From Owenia fusiformis (lineage: Eukaryota): DNA of 64,000 nt. The stretch spans positions 5,642,001-5,706,000 of the forward strand of contig CAIIXF020000001.1 of the NCBI GenBank assembly GCA_903813345.2. The letters are read 5' to 3'. Shown in pieces: positions 62,870 through 64,000 of this stretch. Numbering within the stretch: the first letter of the stretch is position 1; the number at the start of each line of letters is the position of its first letter. The position numbers were made by a program, and so were the translations under genes. Under the pieces are notes generated by a model that saw only the letters and a program-made list of their open reading frames with translations, made no database searches and was not told where the DNA came from.

Positions 62870-63333
62870 ACAGCTGAATGATTGTGACCTTTGAATTCGA
62901 ATTAAGTTGATCCGCGGCTTACTTTTGGTCTCTAACTGTGTCTTACATCAGTATCATCAATCCGTGTAAGTATTAGAGCGCTGAAATACTTCTTTTTTGA
63001 TCAAGACTTGTAAATTGTTCATCGAGTGAATGTTTTTTAGACCTATTTCCAATATGGCGAGATACGCAACGAACGAAATGAATTTTGAGAATTAGTTAGG
63101 TTCAGACAACCTCTGGAGATTTACGAAAATGTCAGAGCAGAAAACGCCATATTGGAATTTGGCAGTAAAAGCATTCACTCGACTAACAATTACAAGTCTT
63201 GATCGAAAAGGAAGTACTTCAGCGCTCCAATACTTACACGGATTGATGATTCTGATGTAAGACACAGTTAGAGACCAAAAGTAAGCCGCGGATCGACTTA
63301 ATTCGATTTCAAAGGTTACTATTAATCAGCTGT
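62870..63333. repeat. About 460-bp near-palindromic element
   Basis: 62870-63060 is the reverse complement of 63145-63333 (for example gatccgcggcttacttttggtctctaactgtgtcttacatcag). Confidence 0.85.
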
Positions 63334-64000
63334 TCACTTCCCCGAGCCATAAGTTTCAAAATCTAACATGGCTCTCGAAGTGAGTAAGGCGTTTCTATAT
63401 TGCGGGACATTTCTTTCCTGGCCTGTCTACCCTACCAAATTCACACAAATGATAAATTAATTTCTTTGCTTCAACTTTAAAGTATTTAATCTTACCTTAG
63501 GTACGTAAAACGATTGGTAATTGAAGAAATATAAGCATGCCGCTTGAATTTTGAAATTTTTTCATTTCTGCCATACCAAGGTCACTTCCGGGTTAATCTG
63601 AGTCTAGCTGTAAAACTATATCAAAACGAAATCATAAATATTTGTTACACGAAGATTCAGTTGAAAGAGAAGCAGTGTCGTTAAGAAGAGAAGTTATTTG
63701 GAAAAGTTATTGTTTCAAAATGAGAAAAGTGAGTAGTATGAGAGAACGGCTTTCGAATCGATCTCTGTGTAATAAATAATTATGATTCCGTTTCGATACA
63801 TGTTTTCTTTAGACTAACGGAAACAACATTTAGCAGCATGGCGGGCGATAATGAAAATATAATTCAATTGATTATATTTCGTCAATTATCAAGCGTTTTA
63901 CATGTCTAAGGTAAGATTTAACACTTTGATATTGGAGCTAAATAATTACTCGATAATTTGTGTGACTTTGGTTAGTATGGTTACCCAGACAGGCCAGGAA

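Overview
AT-rich eukaryotic (metazoan) genomic DNA, not prokaryotic. The repeat types suggest a marine invertebrate such as a mollusc or other lophotrochozoan, but that is inference. The window holds two convergent spliced genes. (1) A complete midnolin orthologue (MIDN, + strand, 7 coding exons, 4836-30514, 482 aa by my splice model) with Ubl, Catch1, Catch2 and C-terminal basic helix. (2) 6-phosphogluconate dehydrogenase (PGD, - strand), with 12 firmly placed exons at 36776-54193 and an unresolved first exon (candidates near 59.7 kb and 62.7 kb). Introns and the intergenic spacer are full of non-autonomous DNA elements. These include Tc1/mariner derivatives, TTAA Kolobok-like MITEs, two families of Helentron/HINE-like elements with internal tandem arrays, a 6.5-kb element with ~1.1-kb TIRs and a 4-bp TSD, and a 24-bp minisatellite that explains the two long repetitive ORFs. 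I see no CRISPR array, RNA gene or intact transposase, and I cannot demonstrate a new biological system. The best leads are the unresolved PGD 5' end with a palindromic promoter-like element, an inverted duplicated first-exon-like segment at the window end, repeated CRE palindromes in MIDN introns, and several unusual transposon architectures. All alignments were done by eye.
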